The translations under genes were made by a program, and so were the position numbers. A stretch of 64,000 bases of DNA from the human T2T-CHM13v2.0 reference genome, Homo sapiens: NCBI RefSeq assembly GCF_009914755.1, contig NC_060927.1. One strand, 5' to 3'. Of the stretch, positions 1-14,919 are shown one piece after another. Below the pieces are notes generated by a model. That model made no database searches. It saw only the letters and a list, made by a program, of their open reading frames with translations, and was not told the origin of the DNA. How positions within the stretch are numbered: the first letter of the stretch is position 1; every line of letters begins with the position of its first letter.

Positions 1-3000
1 AAAAAAAACCCAGGTGACTTCTGAGGCCTTCAGAATCACTGCTCTGAGTTCAACTGACAGACCTCTAGATTACATTTGTATTTTCAAATTAGCCAGCTTT
101 CTATGATGGTTATCTAAAAATAGAAGGAAGAAAATGAAAACAAAGTTTTTTAAAACTCCCTTGTGATATCAGGTAATAATTTAAAAAGTTTTATTCTCAC
201 TCTTTCTGGAGTACATTCTAATATGGAATTTGATACCACTTAAAATTGAATTTTTTATGGGAGGGAGAAATAAGATTTCCACATTTCCTTTGATATTTGC
301 ATATTTTATTTCCTGTTAGATTTGATTATGTTTTTCCTTCCTGTTTCTTGAATATTGATTTTCTGTCTCTATATGGAAGAACAAACACTGAATGTGCACA
401 AAAGAACACTGCTCTAGGTTCTTGAGAAACATTAATAAATGAAACAAAAATATTCCTCTGCAATGTACATTCTAGAGTTTTTTCTTGAGTATTCTTAGCA
501 AGCAGAGCTAACATTTATTATTTTAGGAATGCTATTTTCAGAGAACACTGAAATAAATTAGATTTTATTTTAATTGAAAGGGCTCTTTTTATCTGCCTCA
601 TGTCTGTTAAAATATAATTTTCAGGCAGGTAAAATTGTGACTCTCATAGTAACATGAAATGAACAGTTGTCAAAGATTTTATTTAACCCACTAATTAATG
701 AGGAATAGAGTAAGATGTTAGGACTAATTCAAATGTGAATTATCAAGATTGATCTTCTGTACAAGATTCATTTGCATTGCCATGAGCAGGAATCATTTCC
801 AGGAAATATTTGCATTATTTCGGGTTCTCCAGGTTAACTTCTGTCTATCACAGATGGATACCTCTGTAGAATTAGATAATCCCAGAGGAGCAGTTATACA
901 ATGCTCAGCATTCCATTCAAAGGACACTCAGTGATCTCTTTCTCTCATTTCAAACTCTTGCACAAATTTTCCTGACTTAGCATATTTGCCATTATACTGG
1001 TGCTATTACAATTTTGCTAAGCCTCATTAAAGTATCACACTTGATAATTAGAAAAAAAATTTTATTATGACTTTTAAAAATTGGTTCATCTGAAATTGAA
1101 TTTAACTGAAAGACAAAATAAGTGAATTCTAGAGACAAAGGCTTTGAGAATTACTTACTTTAGACTGCAATTCATTTGTTTAAATTATAGCATCCAGATT
1201 CTCAACCAATTAGTGGAGTGAGACTCCATCTGAAGTAAATGTTGATGCCTGGGAGGTAAAGTTGTTAACTACTCCCCTAAATTATCATAACTTTAGCCAA
1301 TTTGAAAAAATACAACGAAAAAATTTCCTTACTAAATTTTAATCACTCTAAAGTTCAGGGTATTATATCAAAAAGTAATCATAACCACTTATCTCTTATT
1401 TTGCCTCACTGATTTTTCCCTATTTATTTTTACAGGTCAATAACTAGAGCATGCAAAATAATTCTTCAATTTCCTGTGTGTGCTTTTCTCGTGAAACCAA
1501 GTAGTTTAAGTACTATGAAAGTAGCTATATTTTGAATTTTATATTTACTGCTTAAAAGAGTAGATGTAAATACTTTTTAAAAGCAGATTTCTTTCTAACA
1601 GTTGCTTTTGTTTTTCTTGGTAACTCTTGAATATTGTCAATCCTATGTCAACATTTAAGTTTAAAAAAAGCTCTTCTTAGATTTTAGTTTTCTGTTACAA
1701 TTATTTTATTCCTATTTTAGACATGACTGTAATCTGTAGTTTTGCACAATTTCATGACCTATTTTTGTTTATATTTTTCTGTATTATCCGGTGAATACAT
1801 CAGTTTGAAGAGATAAACTTTCATCCTGTCATGAGTAATACCTACTCAAAAACGTAGCAGTATCACGTTACCCATATCTCCCCACATCAAGTTCAGTGCA
1901 GACCCAGTAATTTCTTTCTCCCTACAACAAAATGGAGTTAATCCATCTTGTCCACTAACACAAAGTACATGAAATATTTCACAGGCAATTAAAGTGACAG
2001 AAAAATATATAACTCTCGCCGGAACCAATTTGGGATGCACCTTGTGAGCTGCTTTCTCGGGCACCTCTGCACCAACTTTGTTTCTCTGCTCTGCCACTGT
2101 ACAGTAGTTTCATTTCAAGTCACGGATTCTGGATACCAACCAAGCTGGCAAATGAAAAATAACACAGCCAGGGCCATTTCACCCACCAGTGATCTCTGTC
2201 TGTGAGATAATTCCTCCCTGAGGTTTCTTTCTCTCCACTACTGTGTTCTTAAAGGCCTAACACAGGGCAGCGGACTGGTGCCACTGTCTAAGGTTTCAAT
2301 TAAGACGTGGAGATATCAAAGAAGTAACAAACAGGCCTCCACAACAATGCCTCATGGTTTGCTCTCAGTTCTGGTTAAGAGATGGCAAGATACTTGAAAA
2401 ATGTAGTTCATTAATCCTCACAACAGACCCCGGAGGTTGAGAGGACAGAAATGGAGCCAGCAACAGGATCGAGTTTGAATAGCTTCTCTGTTGGTTGTGT
2501 ACATTGGGAGCTGACTGTGAAATCTATGTGGACATACTGAACCCTATGGTTAACCTCATGGTGCAAATGTGTTGATCAAAGGCACTCTGTCAGTATCTGA
2601 TTAAGAGCCATGTAAGAACACTGAAGACATTTCCTTCTGCTTAACAACTCTGATTACAGGGGGCTCCTGGAGTGAGTTTTCCTGTAAGCAGTCAAGCAGG
2701 TCCCTGGGCTCCAGCTGTAGCTATAGGGTTTCCCAATGGCAGAGCTTCCTGTTGCTGAAGGCTTCAATTCATTCACAGCTTGTAAATCAGTAGCCTGTAA
2801 ATCAACAGATTGAGCTACTACTGTTTAAAACACAGTTTCCTCAACAAGCTTCCTTCTGGTTTTGTTTTCATATATCAAGGGTATGAAAAAAAAGTGTCCA
2901 AATTTTAACACCTGGACCGATGGGGTCTCAGCAGGAGAGGTATGTTGCACTAAGCTCTGCAGTTTTGTTTTTGTTTCAGCGGAGCAAGGACTTAGTGACT

Positions 3001-6000
3001 AAAATCAAGACAGCATTTCCTTAGAGAAATGACAGGGGACAATTTTAGAAAACTGAAAATTTCTTATGCTGCATGCACCGCAGCAATTTTTAATGTCCGA
3101 TAAGAGGTACAACAAAAAGCTAAAACTGGAATGAGAATCACCACATTAATTGTTTGACTCTCCAGTATTAAACATGTATAGATACCATTTTGAAATTGAT
3201 CTGAAGTGTTTAATCAAACTATTTTGAACATTTTATATGGCTTAAAGGCTGTTAAAACTGAATCAACAGCAAAAGGACTGATTAATTGCAGAAAATCTTC
3301 TATTATTAATGATTAATTGTACAGAAAGCTATACATCAAGAAAGCTAACTGAAAATGTGTCAAACATCTAAATTATGGCTTCATCTATTATTACTAAGTA
3401 TGTTTGTTAGATGGCAATAACAGGTACCATATAGTCTATACAATATTATAACAAGCTTTTATTCATTATGGTCATGTTTATTTGACAGAGCAGAATTATG
3501 TGAAAAGTAATTTGTAAATCATATTATGTTCAAAGTTAATATTAAGTGTTGATAATGAGTAGCCAAGAAAATTAACAACTTCATTTTATCCTGGCTCCTA
3601 TATGAAATGCAACAAACTCACATGGAAACTTAATTTATTTTCCTTGTCAGCAATCTGGAACTATCAATATATTGATTCTATTTATATGATTGTCTCTAGG
3701 TTCTATGAGAACCGTAGGGAAGAGAATTTGGGAACTAATCCTTTGAATAACATTATTATTATTATCCTTTAAGCAGACTTGGATTTGAGGGCTGATCCAG
3801 GTTCTGGGAAATGAGTCTTTATAAGCCAGAAATCTCCCTCTGAGATAGGATAGAGATGATGTCTTGCTCCATTTTGGTAAGAAAGGCTAAGAGCGACACA
3901 AATGTTCACACACTAGTAGCTCCCAGCATTGCCCTTGGGGGACTTGGTTGAACTTTTTAGACAGGGAAGTATTATTTCCTAGGAAAACACTACATAGTGA
4001 AGGTCAAAATGGGTAAGTTAGGAGGCAAATATTACTTGGAGGTACAAAGGTTTTCTTTTAGCACAAAGGAGCTGAAACTCAAGAGTCAGAAGAGCTTAGT
4101 GGCAACATTTGGAGGCAAGTGGCAAATACACTATTCCCAACCTTTGGGGAAAGGAAAGCACAAGACATAAAAAATATCCCTTCCTAGTGAACAAAAGTGA
4201 GAATTACAATTAACATCCAGAAATTACCATCCTAAAGAAAGGGAAGTGGAATAAAATTTCAGGAATAAGTTTAGATGGTATTGGAACTCACGGCATCCCT
4301 CACGAAAGCTGAACACTAGCTATTATGTCTTATGGTTGATATTGCCTGACAAACAGCTATATATTCCTATTAATTCAGTTTGAAAATGAAAGCAGTCATA
4401 TATTTTTCCACCTATCAGTTTCCCATGCTAATCTTTATCAAATTGTTTCCCTCTGTCCTCAAACCCTCTCTACATTTCTACCCAACACATTAGCCATTCA
4501 TTTTTTTTTTTTCGGAACTCCCATTCTTCCCCAAAGGGACCACAAATACATACCTAAGAAGTATAGACTTAGGAAAAGAGAGAAGCATTTTGCAGATGCC
4601 TGCAGGAGAGAGGCTAGATTTGATTTAGATAGCTTAAGGACCTAGAACTAGGACAAATAATTAGTAGGTATAGGAAAGCAAAGTTGTCTCAGGACAAAGC
4701 TATATTTGAGTTATTAAATTTGGAAATATCTAATTTACAATTAGTTACTTCCTATCACTGGAAGCATGTTATAAAAGTGTAGTGGCCAATTACTATCAGT
4801 ATGTTGTAGAATAAAGTCCCTTCCTAAAATGAAAGTCGGCAATGCAATTTTAAAAATTCACTTTTAATAGGTAAACATTATTAGAGTAACAAATCAAATC
4901 AGTTTCAAAACATAATTTGTGGATACTTACACACTTGTAGTCATTGCTGTCAGTTACTGTCACATTAAAACAATTATCCAAAAATCATGAAAATTTCTTG
5001 CTGCAACATTTAGTATTATTGTACCCTCATAAGTCCTCAATTAATTGTAAATAAATTTGTTAGCAGCAGCCTTATTTGTATTTGATTTGGGCTCAGAATA
5101 CTTTTCAGACAATGGAAAGGTTGTTGATAGCCCACAAGCATAGAAAAAGTAATCTTAGGAAGCATGACTAAGTATTCAAATTACCAATACCATGATTCCA
5201 GATCTTGATAATTTTACTGTGAATCCACGTACCTAAGCCTTCTAGTTTATGAACTTTACTTTTTAGTTTCATGACTGAAGTAGGTAACCTGACAAAATTT
5301 AAGGACATTTAGAAATATGTACTTTGCTGGAACCAGTTGTGATGTATCTTCACTTGGGAAGAAGTGGCTTTTGCCAGCTGGGAAGAGCTCAAGGTTCTCC
5401 TGCCTCTGTTTCAGAGCCCCTGGTGATTTGAGGACTGATTCATGTTCAGTTCCCCGGAGAATATAGTTAAATTGAGAAAAAAACAATCATCATAAATCAT
5501 ATATGATGTCTCAAGACGTAACATTTTTCACATAACTCAGAGGCTACTCCAGTCATGACACTTGAATGACATACAATAATAAGGCACAGGGACCTCCAAT
5601 TATCAGATCAAGGTGGTCTCAGAAAATGGTAGTGTTTTTTTTTTTAAATTGCAATATGTGGCTAAAACATTGTGATTAAACACTAGGTCAAGTTAGCAGA
5701 GAAACCATCTCATCTTAATCCCTATACAACTCATTAAATTGAGATTTCAGCAAAATGTAACAGAATTATAGGAAGAATCACATAAAGTGACTCAGAAATG
5801 GGAAATACTTGCGGCATCAGATCTCTGCTTTAAGGGTTTTTAAAAATCTCTTATATACAACTTTATTATAGAGATAAAACATTATAGAGGACTGGGTAGT
5901 ACCTTCAAAAGTAATAGCTCAAATTTCCATGCATTTTCTTCAGTTGTTTAGATCTCATAAACTAAATATTTTCTTTAATTGTCAAAGATTTGTACATGTT

Positions 6001-6879
6001 ACAACTATACACATATATACATTACAAAAAATATTCTTAGGTCTTGGTAAAATTCTAACTATTAGATTTAAGTGAAACAGTTCCTTTAAAAAGTCAAAAC
6101 ATTCACTCTAAATTAAAACTAAGAGAGAAAGAGTCTATTGATGAATATTATTTTTATGGCCATTACCTAGTAATTCATGGAGAAAACTGAACTCAAAAAT
6201 CAGAGATTAAATCTCCAATGCCTCCCTTTTACCTACTCCCACCCACCGTTTGTGGGTCTTCCAAAGCTTTCCTTAACCTGATTTCCAAATTTATCTCCCA
6301 CTGTTCAGGTATAGTATCATTTTTTGCTAATATCACATTTATTTGTCACTATTTCCTGCACATACCTTATACTTTCTTACCTCTTACCTATTTCCAGCAA
6401 TTTGTAAAACCAGAATGCTTATGAAAACCATACTCATATTTTAGGATCTCTTTAAAATATCTTCTTGTTTACATAGTTTCATAAATCTACTCCGAAACAT
6501 AGTGGATCCCTCTTTTTCTAAACTTCTTACGCTTAGTATACAATTCTTCCCAAACTTTTCATTTCATGACATGTGCAGAAAACCAGTAGAACTGTAGAGC
6601 ACACTGAGGTAAGCTAGGATGTCTTTTTACAAGATTGGAGACAACCTAAATAGAGGCTCCAAAGGCTGCAGATGCAGCAGGCCCATTGGTGATGAATACT
6701 TCAGCACAGCTATAAACAGGTATGCCTGTCGAACAGAAATAAATTCTATATCAATTATTTGACAGGTTTTCAGGTGCTGTCTTATATCATTACCTGTATC
6801 ATTCCTCATTATTAGATTTTTCTTGTCCTATATCCTGAACAGATCACCTACTGTTTGAAAACAGGATTAATTCCTTATA

Positions 6880-7220
6880 ATTGTATTTATTTATTTAAAA
6901 TTGTGGTAAAATATACATACCATAAAATTTGTTATTTTAACCATTTTAAGGGTATAGTTAGTGACATTAAGTATATTCACATTGCTGTGCAACTATCACC
7001 ACTATCTACCTCCAGAATGTTTTTCATCTTTCCAAACTGAAGCTGTAACCATTATGCAGTAATTCTGCATTCGCCTCTTCCCTTAGTCAACCACACATTC
7101 TACATTCAGTTTCAATAAATCTGACTACTCTAAGTACCTTTTATAAGTGGAATTATACATTATTTGTCCTTTTGTGACTGGCTTATTTCACTTAGCATAA
7201 TGTTTTCAAAGTTCATTGAT
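6880..7220 (-). mobile_element. old L1M 3' end fragment (L1MB-like)
   Basis: ttgtggtaaaatatacat...ccattttaagggtatagtt...cacattgctgtgcaactatcacc...ggcttatttcacttagcataatgttttcaaagttcat is antisense L1M 3' UTR. Confidence 0.75.
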
Positions 7221-8433
7221 AATTGTTTTAGACATGATAGTAATATGTTGCACATCACCACCTAGAAGATTCTCAATATATATTATTTGTTTATTTTTCA
7301 ATGCTCTTCTCTGAGCACCTTACATTTAATAGCAACAATTTAAGTATGAGAGGATTTCATTTCTGACTACTTTAGAAATTGTGAATCATTTCTAAGTGCT
7401 ATTGCACTTGATATCTTTGATTTTCTGTTAAACTCTTGTAATAAGAATCAATGTAGCCATTTGTTTGAAGGGAGTTATTACTGTCTTAGCTACTAATTGA
7501 CTTTAATCAATGGATTATAGTTTATCACCCAAAATTGCATTGTCTTAAATTGACCCTAATAATTCAATTATTTTAAATTAGATTATAGTGTCACAGTCAT
7601 TGATAAGACTATGTATCTTGATAGTTCTTGTTCTTCAGAGGGTGTCTAATAGACTTGTTAAAATTACTGTTTCTAAAATTCATAATTTTCTTGTAAATGA
7701 TTGTTAGTTATTTGTTTATATAAGTAAATTTAGTACACAGTACTTCTTTGTTATTGGTTAAACTAACAACCTTATCCTCTGTGCAAGATTATATATATAA
7801 TCTATGTCATACTAATAAAAACTAGCCAATAAATAATTTATTAATATTAAAATAAAATAATTTTTGAAAATAATTTAGACTTGTGAAATGAATACTGAAA
7901 GATAATACAAAACTTAACCATTTTTTTCTAGTGCCTACCTTGTTTCCATGTTTTCTGATTTCTGTTGCTTTTCATTACATAATTCAATGGTTTTCTAAAA
8001 AAATTATAAATGAGTTCACCTACATAGTCCTGCAAGCAATCTAGATAAAGTATATTGCTGCAGAATGCTTTTTTATATTGAGGTATTTATTCTTTTCTTA
8101 TAGATTTATTTTGAATATTTCTTGGCCAATGCACCTGGGCATCATGACATTTAAAGCTGTGATCTGATTTCATACAGGCATTGACTCTAAGAGAATAAAG
8201 CTAAAATGATTAATTTACATTGTACATAAATATGTAAAATAGTGATAAGACATTTGACTAAAACAGGTTTATAATAGCAAGCAACAGCAATAGTGACTAA
8301 GATAATGCAGATATTTTGCTACTTCACATGCTAACTCCCAAGGTATACTAAGAATTGAGTAAATTTTTCTGCATAAATTTCCTACTAATTTTAGTTCTAC
8401 AATTGTCGATGACGGTTTTGCAGAATAAAATAA

Positions 8434-8747
<314 letters not shown>

Positions 8748-10019
8748 TCTGGTACCAGTTTTAAAATAAAAAAGAAAATATAAATTTGATATTTCTAATC
8801 CATTACATCGAATGTAAGACTTCAGATTTATCTACAGGAAAACTTCCCTATTAATAGTTAATTTAGATGAGAGCATTTCCTTATTGCTAAACTTCAGGGA
8901 TTTTTGTTGCATGAGTCATAATATAAAAAAAAATCTACAGATAATGCACACATTATAAATATATTCCTCAAATAAACAACATCATAAAGTATGATTAACT
9001 TGTAACTCATCATATTCTACTCATATTCTTAACCATTCAATAAATAAACGATATGGTTTATGTAAAATGGAAATCCGTATTTTTTTACACCCATTTTCCT
9101 GGTCCAGACCTTATTCACTTTATAATCCAGGACTTGATTAAAAAACAGAAGCCACTGTATGCAAAATATAAATGGTTTAATATAAATTTAGATGATTGTT
9201 TTTAAGAACTGGCGGACTATTAGCGAGAAGTCTATTAAAAATCAGATAAGCTACCGCCAAACATTAAATAAGCATACACTGGAAAGCTCACTTTAAAGCA
9301 TCAAGGTGATCATATGTTGTTCTCAAAGATTTACTAGAAAGCTCCTGTAATTCCCAGGAATTTCTATGAAGTTTTCACCTCTTATCTTAGTTATTAGCAA
9401 CAAAGAGTGCTTAGTGAAAAGTGGGAAACCACTGAGAATCTCAAATCTCCATGCGTATGACTACATTTGATTTCTCCTTCTTTTCTGTCTTTCATATCTT
9501 GGACTGGGTCCCCTTCATTAGCAAATTAACCTTGAATAAAACAAGAAAGACACTTCTAGCTAATACAGTTCCTAACATGCAGAGCAGACTGGGAAAAAGA
9601 TAGTGATAATGTCAAGTTGAAAACTGATAACCTGACAATTTATTTTTGCTGTACATTGCTTTTTCATTTTTCAGTTTTGAATAAGCTTTAGGTTAACGTG
9701 CTATAACTACCCACATAACTGAAGACTTTTCATTCTTTCCTTGAAAGAGGAGATACAAAGTCTGATATGCCATTCACACATCTCAGTGTGAAGTTCATTT
9801 ATCTTCTAATCAGTTACAAACTATGTATCCATATATACATATGTGGATATAGATGTATTTATAATTGAAACATTGAAATATTGGACTAAGTAATATTAAT
9901 GCATTTATATTCAATATAAGGAAAAAGGTAAAATGGAAAAATTAATGTATGCAAATATATAAATATTAAATAAAAATAATTAAATCTATAATAACAGCAC
10001 ATTCATGAAACTGGATACA

Positions 10020-11170
10020 TGGCCATGGATGGTATTTGCAACTTCTTTCTTCCACTAACCATTTTATGATCATCTTGATTTTAGCCACCATCTTAGCATG
10101 CCAGGGAGTTTTACCTTTCGTGGTGGCTGTGCCTTTATGCATGAAAGACTCGTGTTATTAGTGGTCCTGCCTGGGTTGGGTTTCTGTACTTTGCATTAGC
10201 TTTTACTTTTCAACATGAAAACCACCACATTAGTCCCATTATGTATTTATAGCTCTCTATTTTGAGTTATCCTTGCCAAGACAGTAAGCCCTTCCTTTAC
10301 CTCTGGATTCAACAGCATAAAAAACTAATGTGACTGAAAGACAGGTGAACAACTCAGCTTCCTTTTCAATTGAGCCTTTGTTGTTTCCATTGGTGAAAAC
10401 ATTCTGATGTCAAGCAGAGTCTGAGGTGGCTGGTAAAGAGGACAGGCTGGCATACGTAGTATAGATTATCTTATCTACTTGATTATTGAGAGCCTCCTAT
10501 GCATCCTGTTGGTGAGTATGCAATTAATTTGTGCCTTTACAAAAGGTCCATTCTAATATTTCTACTCCAGAACATGTCACTAGTGTTGTTGTTTTTTCCT
10601 CTAAAATTCAGCCAAATCATTAGTCACTGCCCATGAAATTATGTAGATATGTGTCTCTGGCCATTTCTTTCAGACAGTGAACACTCAAAATTAATGTTTA
10701 AAGTTCTGCTGACTGGGAGGATTACTTATACTATTACCTCCTAGGGCCACTGCCGAATGAATAAGGCAACAGTTTAGTAAATACACACGCATCAGTCACA
10801 GTGATGACTATCAATAAGTAACCACAAATGCTTCTTTGGGTAAAATCATTCTCACTACTATTCCAATCATGCTATAGTAACAAAGCTTATCTTGTTTCTG
10901 AAGGTGAAGTATTGTCATTGTTCTTTGCTTCTCAAAGACTCTATTATTCCCCACTGGATTCAGGAAGCTGTTTTCAATGGTGGCATCTTACACTGTAATT
11001 TGTGGCCTAAACATAATTGTTTTTAATAACGTAGGTACTCTTTTTATCTCTGTAAAGAGAAGCTTAAAATCCTCAGTCAGAGAAGGAAGGCTTCTTCTAC
11101 AGGAAAAGACACAAATTAATTGGATACTCACCAACAGGATGCATAGGAGGCCCTCAATAATCTGGTAGAT
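10020..11170 (-). mobile_element. decayed ERVL-class internal region (pol RNase H and gag remnants)
   Basis: The reverse complement has tcctcccagtcagcagaactt (SSQxAEL) near 10710 and aaatggccagagacacatatctacataatttcatgggcagtg (KWPE..IY..SWAV) near 10640. Both are ERVL RNase H motifs. Confidence 0.65.
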
Positions 11171-11190
11171 AAGATAACCTATATTATGTA

Positions 11191-11324
11191 TAGGTTAAAA
11201 GAGTGATAGAGTTAAAGTGAAATCACATGGCCAGGCCAGATGTCATTAGGAGAGCTGAGAGAGCTCCTCTTAGTGGTCAGGGGCTGGGTTTGACTATATA
11301 GTAGGCATGTGTTTGGTGTGTCAT
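11191..11324 (-). pseudogene. MT-CO3 pseudogene, 5' fragment
   Basis: ATG ACA CAC CAA ACA CAT GCC TAC TAT ATA GTC AAA CCC AGC CCC TGA CCA CTA (MTHQTHAYYMVKPSPWPL), truncated after about 44 codons. Confidence 0.93.
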
Positions 11325-12004
11325 TATGTGTTATCATATAGATAAAGGCCTACTAGCAGTGTAAAGACATAAGCCTGAATAAGGGCTATGGCAAATTTGA
11401 GAATGGTCAGTAGGATTAGAATAATGAGAGCGATTGAAGCTGTGGGAAGACTAATAGTTGACAATGCTAGTGTGGCTCCTCTGATTAAATGTATTAGTAG
11501 GTGTCCGGCTGTAATTTTGGCTGTTAATTGCACAGCTAACACCATTGGTTGAATGAATAGGCTAATAGTTTCAGTGATCACTAGTATAGGGATAAGTGGC
11601 ATAGGTGTGCCTTGTGGTAAAAAGTGAGCTAAGGAGACTTTTGTTTTAAAGCAGAAGCCTGTAATTACTGTGCCTGCTCATAAGGGGATTGCTATACCTA
11701 GATTTTTTGATAATTGGATAGTTGGTGTAAATGAATGGGGTAGAAGCCTGAGGAGATTGGTTAAGGCAATGAAGAGTATTAGGGAGATCACTATAAGGGA
11801 TCAGGTTCGTCCTTTAATGTTATGGGTAATTATTATGTGTTTTAGTACAAGTTGAACTAATCTTTGTTGAATGGAAATCAATCGGTTACTAATTAGATGA
11901 ATGGAGGTTGGAAATAGTATGGTGGGGAATAAAATGATTAATACTACTTCAGGTAGACCTAGAATTGTCAGGGTAGTAAAAGAGGTGAATAGATTTTCAT
12001 TCAT
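11324..12004 (-). pseudogene. MT-ATP6 pseudogene (full 681-bp length)
   Basis: ORFs 11801..12004 (MNENLFTSF...KGRT) and 11324..11602 (...[19 protein letters not shown]) are in one frame, split by TGA(Trp) codons. The TAA overlaps the COX3 ATG. Confidence 0.96.
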
Positions 12005-12164
12005 TTTAATTATCAGGGGGCTTTGTGTTTTGTATTTTGATTATTTTTGGTGTAGGGGGTATATGATAATTGGAATTTGATCATTTTAACTGAATAAATG
12101 GAGAATAAAGTTATCATTGTTGACAGGATAACATGGATCATGTAGAAGTATCTAGTTGAGGCAT
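11959..12164 (-). pseudogene. MT-ATP8 pseudogene
   Basis: ATG CCT CAA CTA GAT ACT TCT ACA TGA (MPQLDTSTW). It overlaps the ATP6 start, has TAG at 11959-11961 and is frameshifted. Confidence 0.9.
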
Positions 12165-12233
12165 TCACTGCAGAGAGGTATAGATCACCTCAGTCTTCAA
12201 CTTAAAAGGTTAATGCTTGGTAGCTTTACAGTT
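12165..12233 (-). pseudogene. mitochondrial tRNA-Lys pseudogene
   Basis: Reverse complement AACTGTAAAGCTACCAAGCATTAACCTTTTAAGTTGAAGACTGAGG...CTCTGCAGTGA, anticodon TTT, between COX2 and ATP8. Confidence 0.9.
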
Positions 12234-12236
12234 GTA

Positions 12237-12931
12237 TTATAGTGTGGATATGGATCAGGTTTCGAAGTATTTTAAGGAGATTAATTCAAAGACAATAGGT
12301 ATAAAACTGTGATTAGACCTACAAATTTCTGAGCACTGTCCATAATAAAGGCCTGGTCATGTAGCAGTCAAGGTAGTTTGATTTAAGCGTCCAGGGATTG
12401 CATCTGTTTTGAGGCCCAGTGAGGTGATAGTTCATGAGTGCAGGGCATCTTCAGATGAGATTAATATACAGATGGGGATCTCTACTGGGAGAGTTGTTTG
12501 GTTATCAACTTCTAGGAGGTGAAATTCTCCTGACTTTAAGTCTGCTCTTGGGACTATGTAAGAATCAAAGCCTAATTCTTCAGTCTGTATGTTCATAGCT
12601 TCAATATCATTTGCTTTGACGGTAAGAGAAGGGTTGTTAAGCTCATCTGTTATGTACAGAATACGTAAGGATGGGAGGGCAATTAAAATTAAGATAATGG
12701 CAGGTAAGACAGTTCAGACATCCTCGGTTTCTCGGGCATCTATGGTGCTAGTATGAGTTAATTTTGTTCTGAGTATTAGGGAGATAAATAGAGAGGACCA
12801 GGGAACTAATTAAGAACTAATTAATTAAGAACTAATTAAGAAAATATAAGAGTGTGGTCATGGAAAGTGAGCAGTTCTTCTATAATAGGGGATGTAGCGT
12901 CTCAAAGGCCTACTTGAAATGGATGAGCCAT
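12237..12931 (-). pseudogene. MT-CO2 pseudogene
   Basis: Starts [27 protein letters not shown] and ends LKYFETWSMSTL-TAA in the mitochondrial code. It has a tandem micro-triplication and small deletions. Confidence 0.95.
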
Positions 12932-12998
12932 TAAGACCTACAGGATTTACCTATAAATTAACTTTTACAAAGTTATGTAATGATTTTACTAGTATCTT
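12932..12998 (-). pseudogene. mitochondrial tRNA-Asp pseudogene (anticodon mutated GTC>GTA)
   Basis: Reverse complement AAGATACTAGTAAAATCATTACATAACTTTGTAAAAGTTAATTTATAGG...CTTA, directly upstream of the COX2 ATG. Confidence 0.88.
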
Positions 12999-13001
12999 AT
13001 C

Positions 13002-13070
13002 GAGAAAGTCATAGAGGTTATGGGATTGTCTTGAAACCAGTTTCTGGGGATTCAATTCCTTCCTTTCTCG
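13002..13070 (+). pseudogene. mitochondrial tRNA-Ser(UCN) pseudogene
   Basis: gagaaagtcatagaggttatgggattgtcTTGAaaccag...ttcaattccttcctttctcg. It lies on the strand opposite COX1, as in mtDNA, with anticodon TGA. Confidence 0.9.
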
Positions 13071-13071
13071 T

Positions 13072-14918
<1,847 letters not shown>

Positions 14919-14919
14919 G

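Noticed and set aside
570-750. Segment resembling an ancient mammalian interspersed repeat
   Set aside because: It looks familiar, but I cannot assign a family or boundaries without a Dfam search.
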